A DNA stretch of 64,000 bases from an uncultured archaeon (GTDB lineage: Archaea > Nanohalarchaeota > Nanosalinia > Nanosalinales > Nanosalinaceae): positions 1 through 64,000 of the forward strand of contig CAYQYU010000003.1 of NCBI GenBank assembly GCA_964421955.1, read 5' to 3'. This document shows positions 8,842-19,083 of this stretch, in pieces. The notes beneath the pieces are model-generated. The model saw nothing but the letters and a program-made list of their open reading frames with translations. It was not told the origin of the DNA and did no database searches. The first letter of the stretch is position 1. Every line of letters starts with the position of its first letter. Made by a program: the position numbers and the translations under genes.

Positions 8842-9431
8842 TCGCTGGAAGGAAGGGATTCGTGTACACGCTGGAGGCCGTGATCGCCGCGACCCTTTTC
8901 ATCGGAATAGTTCTCGTGGTCATACCAGGGATACAGAACGACAGGCCTCCCCGAACAGTCCAGGCCACGATCCACACAGGGCTCGGGTCGCTCGACAAGA
9001 CCTACGGGCTCGAAAACAGGACACCCACGGAGATAGAGAACGCCCTGGGCGAATTCGTGCCACCGGGATACGACCATTCCGTCAGGCTGGCGAAGACAAA
9101 CACCGAGACCCGGAAGGTTACAGCACCAGCGACATACAGTCTCGATAAAAGCGGGGATCACTTCGAGGTGCAGCTCTGGATCCAGAGCGCCAGCAATCTC
9201 GACGTCAAGTTCAACGGCGAGAAACTGCTTGAGAACTACTCCACCTCCGGGTACCAGGCATTCGAAGTTTCCACCGGAACGGGCGAACTCAACTTTACAG
9301 GAACTGGAAAAGCAGTCTTTGACTTTGACGCGTACTCCTACACCAGCGGGATTCCCGACAGGAAAAACGTGATATCGGTCAACTACCTCACTGGCGAAAC
9401 GGAGGTGCAGACATTCCTGTGGTCCGAATGA
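8832..9431 (+). CDS. Class III signal peptide (minor pilin-like) protein
   Basis: RKG/FVYTLEAVIAATLFIGIV. Confidence 0.7.
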   Translation: MELIAGRKGFVYTLEAVIAATLFIGIVLVVIPGIQNDRPPRTVQATIHTGLGSLDKTYGLENRTPTEIENALGEFVPPGYDHSVRLAKTNTETRKVTAPATYSLDKSGDHFEVQLWIQSASNLDVKFNGEKLLENYSTSGYQAFEVSTGTGELNFTGTGKAVFDFDAYSYTSGIPDRKNVISVNYLTGETEVQTFLWSE

Positions 9432-9976
9432 GATCCGGCAAAGGCCAGGCATTCGTCATAGGCTCGTTGATCTTCAGCACCCTGCTGATCCTGCTCTTCC
9501 TGGCAACGGGACCCTCGATACTGGGCTCGAAGACCAATGCCAACAAGTTCTTCAGCCAGACCCTGGAAGAATCCACAGACATCATGAACGACGCGATGAG
9601 AGATAACCGGTCGATAGGCCATACAAAGCGGAGAATGTACAGTTACAACCAATTCCTCGAAAGGAAGTCAAAGGAGAAGGGGATAAAATACCGGAGCTAC
9701 GATCTCATAGTCCTGCCCGGAAAAGGCGACGCAGCATTCATCAACTACTACAAGCACGAACTCGACGCAAAACTCTGGATAGACGGCAGCTGGACCAATA
9801 TCACAGTCTCACCAGAGCAGAGCTTCGAGACCAGTTTCCCGACAGGGAAAGTGAGTATAAAGTTGATCGTACAGGGAGAAGGCAGCCACAGTTTTGACGC
9901 GGTGTCGCCCCGGCTGGTAAAACATTCGATAATGGAGTCCGAAGACGAGAACTGGGAGAACACGCTTCTAGGGTAA
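9428..9976 (+). CDS. Class III signal peptide (minor pilin-like) protein
   Basis: GKG/QAFVIGSLIF. ATGA overlap with the upstream stop places the start at 9428. Confidence 0.7.
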   Translation: MRSGKGQAFVIGSLIFSTLLILLFLATGPSILGSKTNANKFFSQTLEESTDIMNDAMRDNRSIGHTKRRMYSYNQFLERKSKEKGIKYRSYDLIVLPGKGDAAFINYYKHELDAKLWIDGSWTNITVSPEQSFETSFPTGKVSIKLIVQGEGSHSFDAVSPRLVKHSIMESEDENWENTLLG

Positions 9977-10009
9977 CCATTTAAGCCCGGAAGAGGAAAT
10001 TTTTACACG

Positions 10010-10738
10010 ATGCGCAAGGGAGTCTCTGAGATCGCAACAGCCGCCCTCTACGTCGGGATAACCATTTCTGCGATATCGATCGCTCTATCCGCAGGGCTGC
10101 CGGCGCTCGAAAACATGAGAGATGCCGCCGCGATCAGGAAAGCACAGACATTCATGCAGGACCTAGATGCAAACGTCCAGGAAATTGTGGCCGAAGGGGA
10201 GGGCTCCACGAGAACCGTTGAGGTAAGCTTCGACCGCGGAGAGGTGTACTTTGACAACGAGACAGAGTCTCTGATTTATGAGCTCGACACCGGCTCACAG
10301 GTCATATCACCCCAGTCATCCAGCCGCTCAGGAAATGTAGTTCTAAGCTCCAACGCCGGAGTCACAGTTGAGAACACGAGCGTGGGCGGCGTCGACTGCT
10401 ACATGATGAGAAACCAGCACATAGAGGTATGCATAAAAGAGATCGGTGGACCGGAAAACTACCAGCCTATCAACACCACCTCGGTGGTGGAGGCCTACAA
10501 CTTTACGGACCCGGACCCCGACAGGGAGTTTGGCGGCACCATGCGGATCAAGCTGAACGGCCTTGACACTACATCCTGGGGGCAGGGCTACACTGAACCG
10601 GAGGCCTACGGAGACTACCTCGGGACCGGTCGAGTGAAGGCCACTGTATCCTCCGATTTCGGTTACACCTACGACGTCATATTCGCACTTCCAACCGGCT
10701 CGGACTTCCTGAGAATCGACGTCAAGAACTTCCGATAA
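10010..10738 (+). CDS. Pilin-like protein (class III signal peptide)
   Basis: MRKG/VSEIATAALYVGITISAISIAL followed by an amphipathic helix and GEGSTR. Confidence 0.75.
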   Translation: MRKGVSEIATAALYVGITISAISIALSAGLPALENMRDAAAIRKAQTFMQDLDANVQEIVAEGEGSTRTVEVSFDRGEVYFDNETESLIYELDTGSQVISPQSSSRSGNVVLSSNAGVTVENTSVGGVDCYMMRNQHIEVCIKEIGGPENYQPINTTSVVEAYNFTDPDPDREFGGTMRIKLNGLDTTSWGQGYTEPEAYGDYLGTGRVKATVSSDFGYTYDVIFALPTGSDFLRIDVKNFR

Positions 10739-10747
10739 AGAACTCTA

Positions 10748-10800
10748 TTTTGTAATACAAAACAGATATTTACCCAGATATGATAGATTTTGTATTACAA
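10748..10800. promoter_or_regulatory. Two palindromic TTGTAwTACAA sites forming a 13-bp inverted repeat
   Basis: TTTTGTA-A-TACAAAA at 10748-10762 and TTTTGTATTACAA at 10788-10800. Confidence 0.5.
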
Positions 10801-10849
10801 TTCCGTGTTCTGGTGTAGATTATTAAGTTTTCAACAAGTGAGCAATCCT

Positions 10850-12148
10850 ATGTATTCGGAAGATATCCAGGAAGAGCTGGAAAAGAAAGACATTGATATT
10901 GGAGACCTCGTTAAGGTTTCTAGGTACGAGGGACGCCTGATGCCAAAGCCGGAGTCAGGCGACCTCGAATCAATAGTTCTAAAACTAGACAACGGCTACA
11001 ACATAGGCGTCAAAGGCGACATAGAGCTTGTCGAGAAACGTGAAGAAACAGAAGTAGAGAAAACGGAAGTGGAACACCAGGAAGGAAATCCCGACATCCT
11101 TCTCCTTCACACAGGAGGAACCATAGCCTCCCGTGTCTCTTACGAAGAGGGTGGTGTAGAACCTGCTTTCGATCCTGAAGACATAGTCGAAATGTATCCT
11201 GGAGTTGCTGAAGAAGTCAACATACACTCACAGGTAATACGGAAGATGTACTCCGGGGACGCAGAGCCAGAGCACTGGCAGGAAATCGCGGAGAAGATCG
11301 ATGAGGAGAAGAGCGACTATGACGGTATAATCGTGGGTCACGGAACCGACACGATGGAGTACACCGGTTCCGCACTTACTCTTATGCTAAAAGGTATCGA
11401 CATCGGTGTAATGCTGGTAGGATCACAGCGCTCCTCGGACCGCCCGAGCAGCGACGCCTCGATGAACCTCTACTGTGCCATAAAGTTCCTGAAAGATACC
11501 GACTTCCAAGGCATCGGAATCTGCATGCACAAATCAACGAACGACAATGAATGTGTTATACTTCCTGGCGCCAAATCCAGGAAGATGCATACCTCGAGAA
11601 GAGATGCTTTCCAAGCCATAAACACCGATCCACTTGGAACTGTGAACTACCAGACCGGGGAGATAGAACAGAACTTCGAACTTCAGAGAGAAGAATACGA
11701 AAAGCGGACGGAGCTGGAGACAAATGTCGGCTTCCTGAAAACAAGGCCAGGAATAGAACCAGAAGAGATCGAGTTCATGATAGAACAGGACTACGACGGC
11801 GTCATTCTAGAAGGAACCGGGCTAGGCCATATGCCTGTCAACAGCTTTGACGAGTACACAGAACACCATGAAGAGATACTGGAAAAACTTGAGGAACTTG
11901 CGGATAATTCCCTGACTGTGATGAGTTCAAAGTGTCTCAACGGCCGGATCGATATGGATATCTACCAGTACGGACTCAAGATCCAGGAGGCAGGAGTAAT
12001 CAGCGCGAAAGATATGCATCCAGAACTCGCATACGTAAAACTGATGTGGAGCCTCGGCCAGGCAGAGGATCGGGAAGAGGCTGAAAAGCTCTTCCAGGAA
12101 AACTTTAACGGAGAGATAGAGGAAAGAACGCTCTACAGGGAACAATGA
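10850..12148 (+). CDS. gatD: Glu-tRNA(Gln) amidotransferase subunit D
   Basis: KLDNGYNIG N-domain and asparaginase motifs TGGTIAS, HGTDTM, GSQRSSDRPSSD, RKMHTSRRDAF. Start at ATG 10850. Confidence 0.97.
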   Translation: MYSEDIQEELEKKDIDIGDLVKVSRYEGRLMPKPESGDLESIVLKLDNGYNIGVKGDIELVEKREETEVEKTEVEHQEGNPDILLLHTGGTIASRVSYEEGGVEPAFDPEDIVEMYPGVAEEVNIHSQVIRKMYSGDAEPEHWQEIAEKIDEEKSDYDGIIVGHGTDTMEYTGSALTLMLKGIDIGVMLVGSQRSSDRPSSDASMNLYCAIKFLKDTDFQGIGICMHKSTNDNECVILPGAKSRKMHTSRRDAFQAINTDPLGTVNYQTGEIEQNFELQREEYEKRTELETNVGFLKTRPGIEPEEIEFMIEQDYDGVILEGTGLGHMPVNSFDEYTEHHEEILEKLEELADNSLTVMSSKCLNGRIDMDIYQYGLKIQEAGVISAKDMHPELAYVKLMWSLGQAEDREEAEKLFQENFNGEIEERTLYREQ

Positions 12149-12417
12149 CTTCACAGGACTACCTGGACGCGGTTCTCCACAGCCATAAATACGAGGAAGA
12201 AGGCCTCAAGTACTATACCGGAACTGGGTCAGAAGACCCTATCGAGCTTCTCAGAGAGTATGCAAGAGACCTTGACCTGGAAATCCCCTCAGAACTTGAA
12301 GAAGACGCAGAAGTAAGACAGAGGATACGCCAGCAGAACGATAAAGGCTTCCAGTACTTCACGGAAGCCCTTGACTTCATAGCAATGGAAACTCTACTGG
12401 AGGACGACGAATTATGA
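12145..12417 (+). CDS. Hypothetical acidic protein
   Basis: 90 aa, ATGA-coupled to both neighbours, acidic composition. Confidence 0.65.
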   Translation: MTSQDYLDAVLHSHKYEEEGLKYYTGTGSEDPIELLREYARDLDLEIPSELEEDAEVRQRIRQQNDKGFQYFTEALDFIAMETLLEDDEL

Positions 12418-12950
12418 CTGAGATATACGGCGTAACCGGTATGCCTCTATCAGGTAAAACCACCGTAGCAGAGAAGATGGAGGACCTGGGATTCACTGTC
12501 CTCGACATGGGAGACGTCGTGAGGATCGAGATGGAGAAAAGAGGGATTCCAGCCGGAAACGAGGGCAATTTTGTGAACATGATGAGAGACGAGCACGGCA
12601 TGGACGCGATCGCACAGCTCTCCACGCCGTATCTAGAGGAGATCATAGACGAGAAAGAAAAGATCGTTATAACCGGGATGAGGAGCTGGGACGAGAAACA
12701 GAAGTTTGAAGATGAGACAGGGGAGGAAATAGAAGTTATCGCGGTCTGGAGCTCCAAGGAGACCAGGAAAGAAAGACGTAAAGAAAGGCAGAGAGAGGAG
12801 GACGTCAAGGGACAGGACTTCCGAGAGCGGGATCTCCGGGAGATAGAAAACGGTGTCGCGAAGCTGCTCGCACTGTCTGACCACATGATTGAAAACGATG
12901 GCGTATCCATCGAGGAACTACGGCAAGAGGTGGAAGAAGTTGTGGGGTAA
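12414..12950 (+). CDS. P-loop nucleotide kinase (UPF0200/dephospho-CoA kinase-like)
   Basis: GVTGMPLSGKTT, DMGDVVR, RDLRE...G motifs. Confidence 0.85.
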   Translation: MTEIYGVTGMPLSGKTTVAEKMEDLGFTVLDMGDVVRIEMEKRGIPAGNEGNFVNMMRDEHGMDAIAQLSTPYLEEIIDEKEKIVITGMRSWDEKQKFEDETGEEIEVIAVWSSKETRKERRKERQREEDVKGQDFRERDLREIENGVAKLLALSDHMIENDGVSIEELRQEVEEVVG

Positions 12951-13242
12951 TAGATTCCGCGGTTACACCTTCGAGAACCCTGAAGCCGTTATAGAGGAAC
13001 TACCCTACCAGACGGTCGAGAACGGTTCCCTGGATTTCGGGGTCAGGACGGGCAAAAACGGCCAGGAACTCTGGAACAAGATATACTCGGTGCTTGAAGA
13101 ACGGCTGAACCTGGAACTAACCCCTTCCCCGAGAAACGCGGACTTGGTATATGATAAAGATGCAGAGGAAATTTATGCCCTGACACCGGATGCTATCGAC
13201 GATCTCGAGGATATGGAATACACTGAGAAAGAGTTTATCTAG
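12940..13242 (+). CDS. Hypothetical protein
   Basis: Open frame filling the gap before gatE. Probable TTG start at 12940 after GAGGTGG; start uncertain. Confidence 0.5.
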   Translation: MWGNRFRGYTFENPEAVIEELPYQTVENGSLDFGVRTGKNGQELWNKIYSVLEERLNLELTPSPRNADLVYDKDAEEIYALTPDAIDDLEDMEYTEKEFI

Positions 13243-13255
13243 AGGATCTACGACG

Positions 13256-15112
13256 ATGGAATACGAAGAACTCGGCTTCAAGTGTGGTATAGAAATCCAC
13301 CAGCAGCTCGCAACTGATGAAAAACTCTTCTGTAGCTGCCCTGTAGAAATGGAAGACGAAGTGCCCGATGCAAAAGTTGAGCGTTACCTGAAGGCGGTCG
13401 CCGGCGAGACCGGGGAGAAGGATCTTGCCGCCCGTATCGAGGACGTGAAATCCCGGAAGTTCGTCTACAATTATTACAACAGGAACAACTGCCTGGTAGA
13501 ACTCGACGAGGAGCCGCCGCACCCTCTTAACCCAGAGGCACTGAACACCGCATTAACGTTCGCAAGGATAGTTGACGCAGACATACCAGACGAGATACAG
13601 GTGATGAGGAAACTCGTGGTCGATGGCTCCAACACCTCGGGTTTCCAGCGTACTGCGATGATCGGGCTCAACGGAGAAATCGAGACGGAGACCGGTGAGG
13701 TAGAGATAGAGGACATAGAGCTGGAAGAAGAATCCGCCGGCATACATGCACGGGAAAAAGATCAGGCGATCTACGATCTCAACCGGCTAGGAATCCCTCT
13801 CGTGGAGGTCGGAACCGATGCATCGATAAAGAACCCGGAGCACGCCAAAGAAGTCGCGACCGAGATAGGGATGCTTTTACGGTCGACAAATAAGGCAAGA
13901 AGAGGTCTCGGAACCATAAGACAGGACGTCAACGTCTCCATAGCAGAAGGCTCGCGCGTCGAAATCAAGGGCTTCCAGGACGTCGAGAATATCGACAGAT
14001 TGATCGAACTTGAGGTCGAGAGGCAGAAGAATCTTGTTGACCTCGGGGAGGAACTGGGCGACACGGATGTCGAGACCAGTGAGGTTACCGGCATCTTTGA
14101 AGGCTCGGAAAACGATATTATCTCGACCGTTCTTGAGAACAATGGTGCGGTCTACGCCGTGAAACTGCCCGGGCTCGCTGGACGGATGAAGGAGAACATA
14201 TCGGGCGACAGATATCTCGCACTTGAACTTGTCGACTACGCCAAGAGCCGCGGACTGAAGGGAATGATCCACACTGACGAGGAAATAGAGAACTACGGGC
14301 TAGTGGACGAGTTTGAAGAACTGGGAGAAGATATGGTAAGGGAAGATGAAGACGTGCTCGCGATACTCGCAGGACCCCAGGAACAGGCCCAGGAAGCCGC
14401 GGAGGCTGTAAAGCAGCGGGCCGAGATGATCTACCTGGGCGAGGTACCTGAGGAGACCCGGAACGCGGAGCAGGACTTCACAACCTCCTACTCCCGGCCG
14501 CTACCCGGTGCAGCAAGAATGTACCCCGAGACGGATATTCCCCCGATCACTGTTAGCAAGGAAGATATTGAGGAAATCGATGAGAATCTTCCCGAGACCC
14601 TGGAGGAGCGAAGGGAAAAGTACGCCGACGAAATCGGAGATGAACTCGCGTCACAGATAGTTTCGAGCCCTCTACTGACGCTTTTCGAGGATTTCAAAGA
14701 TCACGTGGAGCCAAGGCTTGCCGCGAACATATTCACCAACATATACGCAGGCCTGGAAGCAGAAAATGTCCCCGTGGAGAACCTGGAGAGGCCGCACTTT
14801 GAAGCCCTGTTTAGCTCGCTAGAGTCAGGCGATGCGGAGAAAGGAGATGTTGAAAAACTGCTCGAGTCGCTCGCCGAACGCAGCAAAGAGGATTCTGAAG
14901 AAGTTGTTGAGGATGTTCTCGCTGGGAAATCCTCGGAGGAAGAGATCAGGGAAGCAGTAAAGGAAGTACTGGAAGAAAAGTCAGAGATGGTTGAGGAACA
15001 GGGAATGCACGCCCAGGGCGCGTTGATGGGTGTGGTGATGCAGCACGTCGAGGCATCGGGCGACACAGTTTCCCGGATTCTGCGAGATGAACTGGAGAAC
15101 AGGCTAGGATAA
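13256..15112 (+). CDS. gatE: Glu-tRNA(Gln) amidotransferase subunit E
   Basis: GIEIHQQL..KLFC, MRKLVVDGSNTSGFQRT, RGLGTIRQDVNVSI, RPLPGAARMYPETD. Confidence 0.97.
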   Translation: MEYEELGFKCGIEIHQQLATDEKLFCSCPVEMEDEVPDAKVERYLKAVAGETGEKDLAARIEDVKSRKFVYNYYNRNNCLVELDEEPPHPLNPEALNTALTFARIVDADIPDEIQVMRKLVVDGSNTSGFQRTAMIGLNGEIETETGEVEIEDIELEEESAGIHAREKDQAIYDLNRLGIPLVEVGTDASIKNPEHAKEVATEIGMLLRSTNKARRGLGTIRQDVNVSIAEGSRVEIKGFQDVENIDRLIELEVERQKNLVDLGEELGDTDVETSEVTGIFEGSENDIISTVLENNGAVYAVKLPGLAGRMKENISGDRYLALELVDYAKSRGLKGMIHTDEEIENYGLVDEFEELGEDMVREDEDVLAILAGPQEQAQEAAEAVKQRAEMIYLGEVPEETRNAEQDFTTSYSRPLPGAARMYPETDIPPITVSKEDIEEIDENLPETLEERREKYADEIGDELASQIVSSPLLTLFEDFKDHVEPRLAANIFTNIYAGLEAENVPVENLERPHFEALFSSLESGDAEKGDVEKLLESLAERSKEDSEEVVEDVLAGKSSEEEIREAVKEVLEEKSEMVEEQGMHAQGALMGVVMQHVEASGDTVSRILRDELENRLG

Positions 15113-15139
15113 TAACTTTTTCTGGATGAAAGTTCGAGC

Positions 15140-15457
15140 ATGACACTAGGTGGACCTACTTACAGATCATTCGAAGAGATTTACAGAACCATTGAGGAGA
15201 TAGGTAGTGGAGACGTTGAAACAGTGGGCCACCGCGTAGACGGGGCAGAGTTAATAGAAGAACCCGAAAAAGCAAACGCAAGCGAGTATAAATGGATTAG
15301 AATGGAAACCGAACTGACGAGAGTCGAGTACTGGCCCGAATATGAGAAAATTCATGTAAATTACAGGGATGACGTAGGTTACAGAGCCGAGAACGAGAGC
15401 TCAGACCCCGCATCCGAAACTTTCAAGCACCTCATACCATCCAGAATATTCGACTGA
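15140..15457 (+). CDS. Hypothetical protein
   Basis: 105-aa acidic ORF in strand with its neighbours. Confidence 0.6.
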   Translation: MTLGGPTYRSFEEIYRTIEEIGSGDVETVGHRVDGAELIEEPEKANASEYKWIRMETELTRVEYWPEYEKIHVNYRDDVGYRAENESSDPASETFKHLIPSRIFD

Positions 15458-15544
15458 AGGCGTAACAACTCTTTTTGTAACCGCATCGATTGGTTTTTAT
15501 AATTTAACTTCGATTCTTTCGGTGTTTCTAGAGGTGAACAAAAC

Positions 15545-17218
15545 ATGGCAGGACTAGGAGGACAACCTGTATTCATAATGTCGGAAGACGCTACACGGCA
15601 AACCGGTGAAGACGCTCAGGAGAATAATATCGCTGCCTGTAAAACGGTCGCGAAGGCGGTAAGGACCACGCTCGGTCCCAAAGGTATGGACAAGATGATG
15701 GTTGACTCTGTCGGCGACATAGTCGTAACAAACGACGGGGTCACGATTCTCGAGGAAATGGATCTTGAACATCCAGCGGCCAAGATGATGGTCGAAGTCG
15801 CACAGACCCAGGAAGAGGAGGTCGGCGACGGAACCACGACCGCAGTAGTGCTCGCGGGAGAACTTCTGAAGCAGGCGGAGAACCTGCTCGACCAGGAGAT
15901 CCACCCTACAATAATTACACAGGGCTTCAGAATGGCGCGACAGAGATCGACTGAAGTTCTTGAAGACATTGCGGAAGAAGTAGAGCTTGACGATGAAGAT
16001 ACGCTGGAAAAGGTGGCGATGACGGCGATGACCGGAAAAAGCGCGGAGGCAGCCCGCGATTACCTGGCCGAAATCGCGGTTGACGCGGTAACTGCAGTCG
16101 CAGAAAAGGGAGACTCGGGACTTGTCATCAACCGCGACATGATCAAGGTCGAGAAGAACCAGGGCGGTTCAGCAGAAGAAACCGAGCTCGTACAGGGCGT
16201 AATCCTAGACAAGGAAAAAGTACATAGCGGGATGCCCGACAAGATAGAAGACGCGAAGGTCGCAGTCATCAGTTCGCCGATCGAGGTGAAGGAGACAGAG
16301 ACTGATGCTGAAATAAACATAAGCGACCCCGCACAGATGAAGAATTTCGTCGAGCAGGAGGAAGCCCAGCTCAAGGAGATGGTCGAGGCCATCAACGACG
16401 CGGGCGCTAACGTGGTCTTCTGCCAGAAAGGCATCGACGATATTGCACAGCACTACCTCGCCAAGAAGGGAATCTTCGCCGTGAGAAGAGTCTCTTCCAG
16501 CGACGTCGAGAAGCTGGCGAAGGCAACAGGAGCCTCGATCGTGACCTCGGTCGACGACATAGAGGCCAGCGATCTCGGAGAAGCAGGAACAGTCGGGCAG
16601 AAGAGAGTCGGTGGAAATGCGATGACCTTTGTCCAGGACTGTCCCGAGGCGAAGTCCGTCTCGATACTTATCAGAGGCGGAACCGAACACGTGGTGGACG
16701 AGATCGAGCGTGCTATGGAAGACGCTCTTGGAAGCGTTGCAAGCGCTCTCAAAAACGGTCGCATCGTCGGAGGTGGTGGCGCGACGGAAGTCGAGCTCGC
16801 CCGCGAACTCCGGGATCACGCGGACTCTGTCGGTGGAAGAGAACAGCTCGCGATAAATGCTTTTGCGGACGCTCTCGAGGTCCTTCCAAGAACGCTTGCG
16901 GAGAACGCCGGCTTCGATCCGATAGACACGCTGGTCGAACTGAGGAACAAACACGAGTCCGGCGCGAAATGGGCCGGAATCGACGTAACCTCTGGCAAGT
17001 CAGAGGCGCTGTTCGAGAAAGGTGTCGTAGAGCCGAAGCAGACCAAGACCCAGGCCGTCCAGTCCGCGAGCGAGGCCGCGGAAATGATCCTCCGGATCGA
17101 CGACGTGATAAGCGCGTCAGGAATGGGTGGAGGAGACGACGCAGGAGGCGGACCTCCCGCGGGCGGAATGCCTGGTGGAGGAGGCATGCCCGGCGGTATG
17201 CCAGGCGGGATGATGTAA
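15545..17218 (+). CDS. ths: Thermosome (group II chaperonin) subunit
   Basis: [28 protein letters not shown] and a GGM-rich C-tail. SD GAGGTGA upstream. Confidence 0.98.
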   Translation: MAGLGGQPVFIMSEDATRQTGEDAQENNIAACKTVAKAVRTTLGPKGMDKMMVDSVGDIVVTNDGVTILEEMDLEHPAAKMMVEVAQTQEEEVGDGTTTAVVLAGELLKQAENLLDQEIHPTIITQGFRMARQRSTEVLEDIAEEVELDDEDTLEKVAMTAMTGKSAEAARDYLAEIAVDAVTAVAEKGDSGLVINRDMIKVEKNQGGSAEETELVQGVILDKEKVHSGMPDKIEDAKVAVISSPIEVKETETDAEINISDPAQMKNFVEQEEAQLKEMVEAINDAGANVVFCQKGIDDIAQHYLAKKGIFAVRRVSSSDVEKLAKATGASIVTSVDDIEASDLGEAGTVGQKRVGGNAMTFVQDCPEAKSVSILIRGGTEHVVDEIERAMEDALGSVASALKNGRIVGGGGATEVELARELRDHADSVGGREQLAINAFADALEVLPRTLAENAGFDPIDTLVELRNKHESGAKWAGIDVTSGKSEALFEKGVVEPKQTKTQAVQSASEAAEMILRIDDVISASGMGGGDDAGGGPPAGGMPGGGGMPGGMPGGMM

Positions 17219-17290
17219 ACGCCTGCTGAACACAGGAACTCTAAGTTCCTGTTCGAGCAGACATCAGAGAGGAAGTCTGCGGCGCGCGTC

Positions 17291-17340
17291 AAGCCGTTCA
17301 TGGAACGGCTTTCAACATTTCTACCTTTTTCTATTTCTTA
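17291..17340 (+). terminator. Hairpin plus pyrimidine/T-rich tract after the thermosome gene
   Basis: AAGCCGTTC-atg-GAACGGCTT followed by tttctacctttttctatttctt. Confidence 0.5.
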
Positions 17341-17377
17341 GACAGTTCCAAAAGAGTTCGGCTCTAACACACTTTGT

Positions 17378-17701
17378 ATGGCTAATGATATCTCAAGCCT
17401 TTGGGAACTCTTTCACGATAGAATGTGGCTCATAATTATCTCTTCTTTTTGGTCAGGTTACTCCACCCTTTTCGTTTTAAGAAACGACTTCCTAACTAGC
17501 GAATTAGGATATATAGACAAGATATCGGTTAGTATAGGCCCCGGACTAATTATCACCTTAATGACTTTCGCCGGAATTATGTTCCTACAGAAAGTCTGGT
17601 CTGGAGAACTCAACAAAGACAGAGCAGCAGAAAAAACATTCGAAATAATCGTGAGCTACGGCTCCGTCATTATTACCTTCAAGCTACTTGGAGTTCTCTA
17701 A
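17378..17701 (+). CDS. AT-rich small membrane protein
   Basis: 107 aa with about three hydrophobic segments; visibly lower GC than its flanks. Confidence 0.6.
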   Translation: MANDISSLWELFHDRMWLIIISSFWSGYSTLFVLRNDFLTSELGYIDKISVSIGPGLIITLMTFAGIMFLQKVWSGELNKDRAAEKTFEIIVSYGSVIITFKLLGVL

Positions 17702-17823
17702 TAAAAAGCCGGCTGGAGCCTTTTGGCGGAACGCCGAGCCTGATGATCGAACTTTCAGAAGTTCGAACCACTCCTTATAAATACCGGGATTGGGAATTTC
17801 TTGGTGTATACGAGGTATATGCT

Positions 17824-18504
17824 ATGGCTGACGATGAAGTGGATCTAGGCGACGAAACAGACGATTACGAGGTTGTCCCTATCGGGCCTATTCGAAGGCT
17901 GGAAAAGAGAATGGATAATATCGAGACAAAGGCCACGAACAGCGGCACCGATCACGAGGTAATCAGGGACGTTATCGACATCATGAAGTCGAACCAGAAG
18001 ATTGTCAACGATATGACCGAGTCGACCCACGAGCTCAAGAACGAGGTCGAGGACCTTACATACAAGATGGACGAGGTCGTCGACAACATGAACGAGTTCA
18101 TGGATCTGCTGAAGGAAGCATCAGAGATGGATATGGAGGGAGAGATGGTCGGTGATATCCAGTCCCGTGTCGCGAACGCGATCGGCGACAGAATGGACGA
18201 GGTCGTCAAGGATCTGCAGGAATCAAACCAGCAGGTCGTGGACTCGCTGGAAGGCATAAACGAGAGTATCAGGCGTTCATACGCGGCACAGCAGAACCAG
18301 AGCCGCAGATCCGGAGGTCAGGGAGGAAGTAGGAACTCCGGGAGAGGGATGACCGACAGATCCCGCCAGTCCGGACAGGAATCTCAGGGCCGTTCCCGGC
18401 AGCAAGGACAGGAACAGCAACAGGCACAGCAGGGAGGAGGTAGTGACGAGAGGATGAGAAAACTCCGGAAACGGTTTAATAACGAAACAAATGAAGAGTC
18501 GTGA
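17824..18504 (+). CDS. Coiled-coil protein with low-complexity G/S/Q/R tail, first gene of the pilus locus
   Basis: Start at ATG 17824 (MADDEV) after GAGGT. Heptad-like core, overlaps the pilin gene. Confidence 0.75.
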   Translation: MADDEVDLGDETDDYEVVPIGPIRRLEKRMDNIETKATNSGTDHEVIRDVIDIMKSNQKIVNDMTESTHELKNEVEDLTYKMDEVVDNMNEFMDLLKEASEMDMEGEMVGDIQSRVANAIGDRMDEVVKDLQESNQQVVDSLEGINESIRRSYAAQQNQSRRSGGQGGSRNSGRGMTDRSRQSGQESQGRSRQQGQEQQQAQQGGGSDERMRKLRKRFNNETNEES

Positions 18505-19031
18505 TCCAGCCCAATATTTCTAGAAAAGGGATTACTCCCGTAGTTGCAACTGTACTGCTTATCACTATCAGCGTTGCAGCCACTGCTTCTGCCTACACAT
18601 TCATAACCAAGACACAGAAACAGGTCGGGGAATCATTCGAGCAGGACCTTAACCAGGAAGAGAGAAGGATGCAGTCGGATATCAATATCGAGTATGCTTA
18701 CAACAGTACAGGAAGATTCGTGTTCATGAACGTAAGGAATACCGGTTCTGTAACGCTTCCCGTGAACAAGAGCGGAAGAAAGTATCTCACCCTTTACGCG
18801 GATGGTAGACCTGTAAGTTCCAGCGCCGGCGACAACGGCCAGGGATGGAAATACGCGGACCCCTCGCATGACATCTCAAATGAAGATCATCTCGATCCTG
18901 AAGAACTTCTCACCATCAATACAACCGTTAGATTCCCCTCATCCGGCAACAGCAAATCATTCAAACTTGTAGGCTCTTACGACACCTCAGACTCCCACGT
19001 TTGCTATAACTCGGGAACAGCGTCTTGCTAA
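18501..19031 (+). CDS. Type IV pilin (archaeal pilin/archaellin-type N-terminus)
   Basis: RKG/ITPVVATVLLITISVAATASAY and VRNTG motif. Confidence 0.88.
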   Translation: MIQPNISRKGITPVVATVLLITISVAATASAYTFITKTQKQVGESFEQDLNQEERRMQSDINIEYAYNSTGRFVFMNVRNTGSVTLPVNKSGRKYLTLYADGRPVSSSAGDNGQGWKYADPSHDISNEDHLDPEELLTINTTVRFPSSGNSKSFKLVGSYDTSDSHVCYNSGTASC

Positions 19032-19083
19032 GTTAAGTTATTTAAGTAAGGTGAAGAAAAACAACTCCAGAGGATTGGAATAC

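Noticed and set aside
17738-17770. Hammerhead ribozyme (CTGATGA followed by a stem)
   Set aside because: The required GAAA after stem II is missing (GAAC), and no stems I/III with a cleavage triplet were found.
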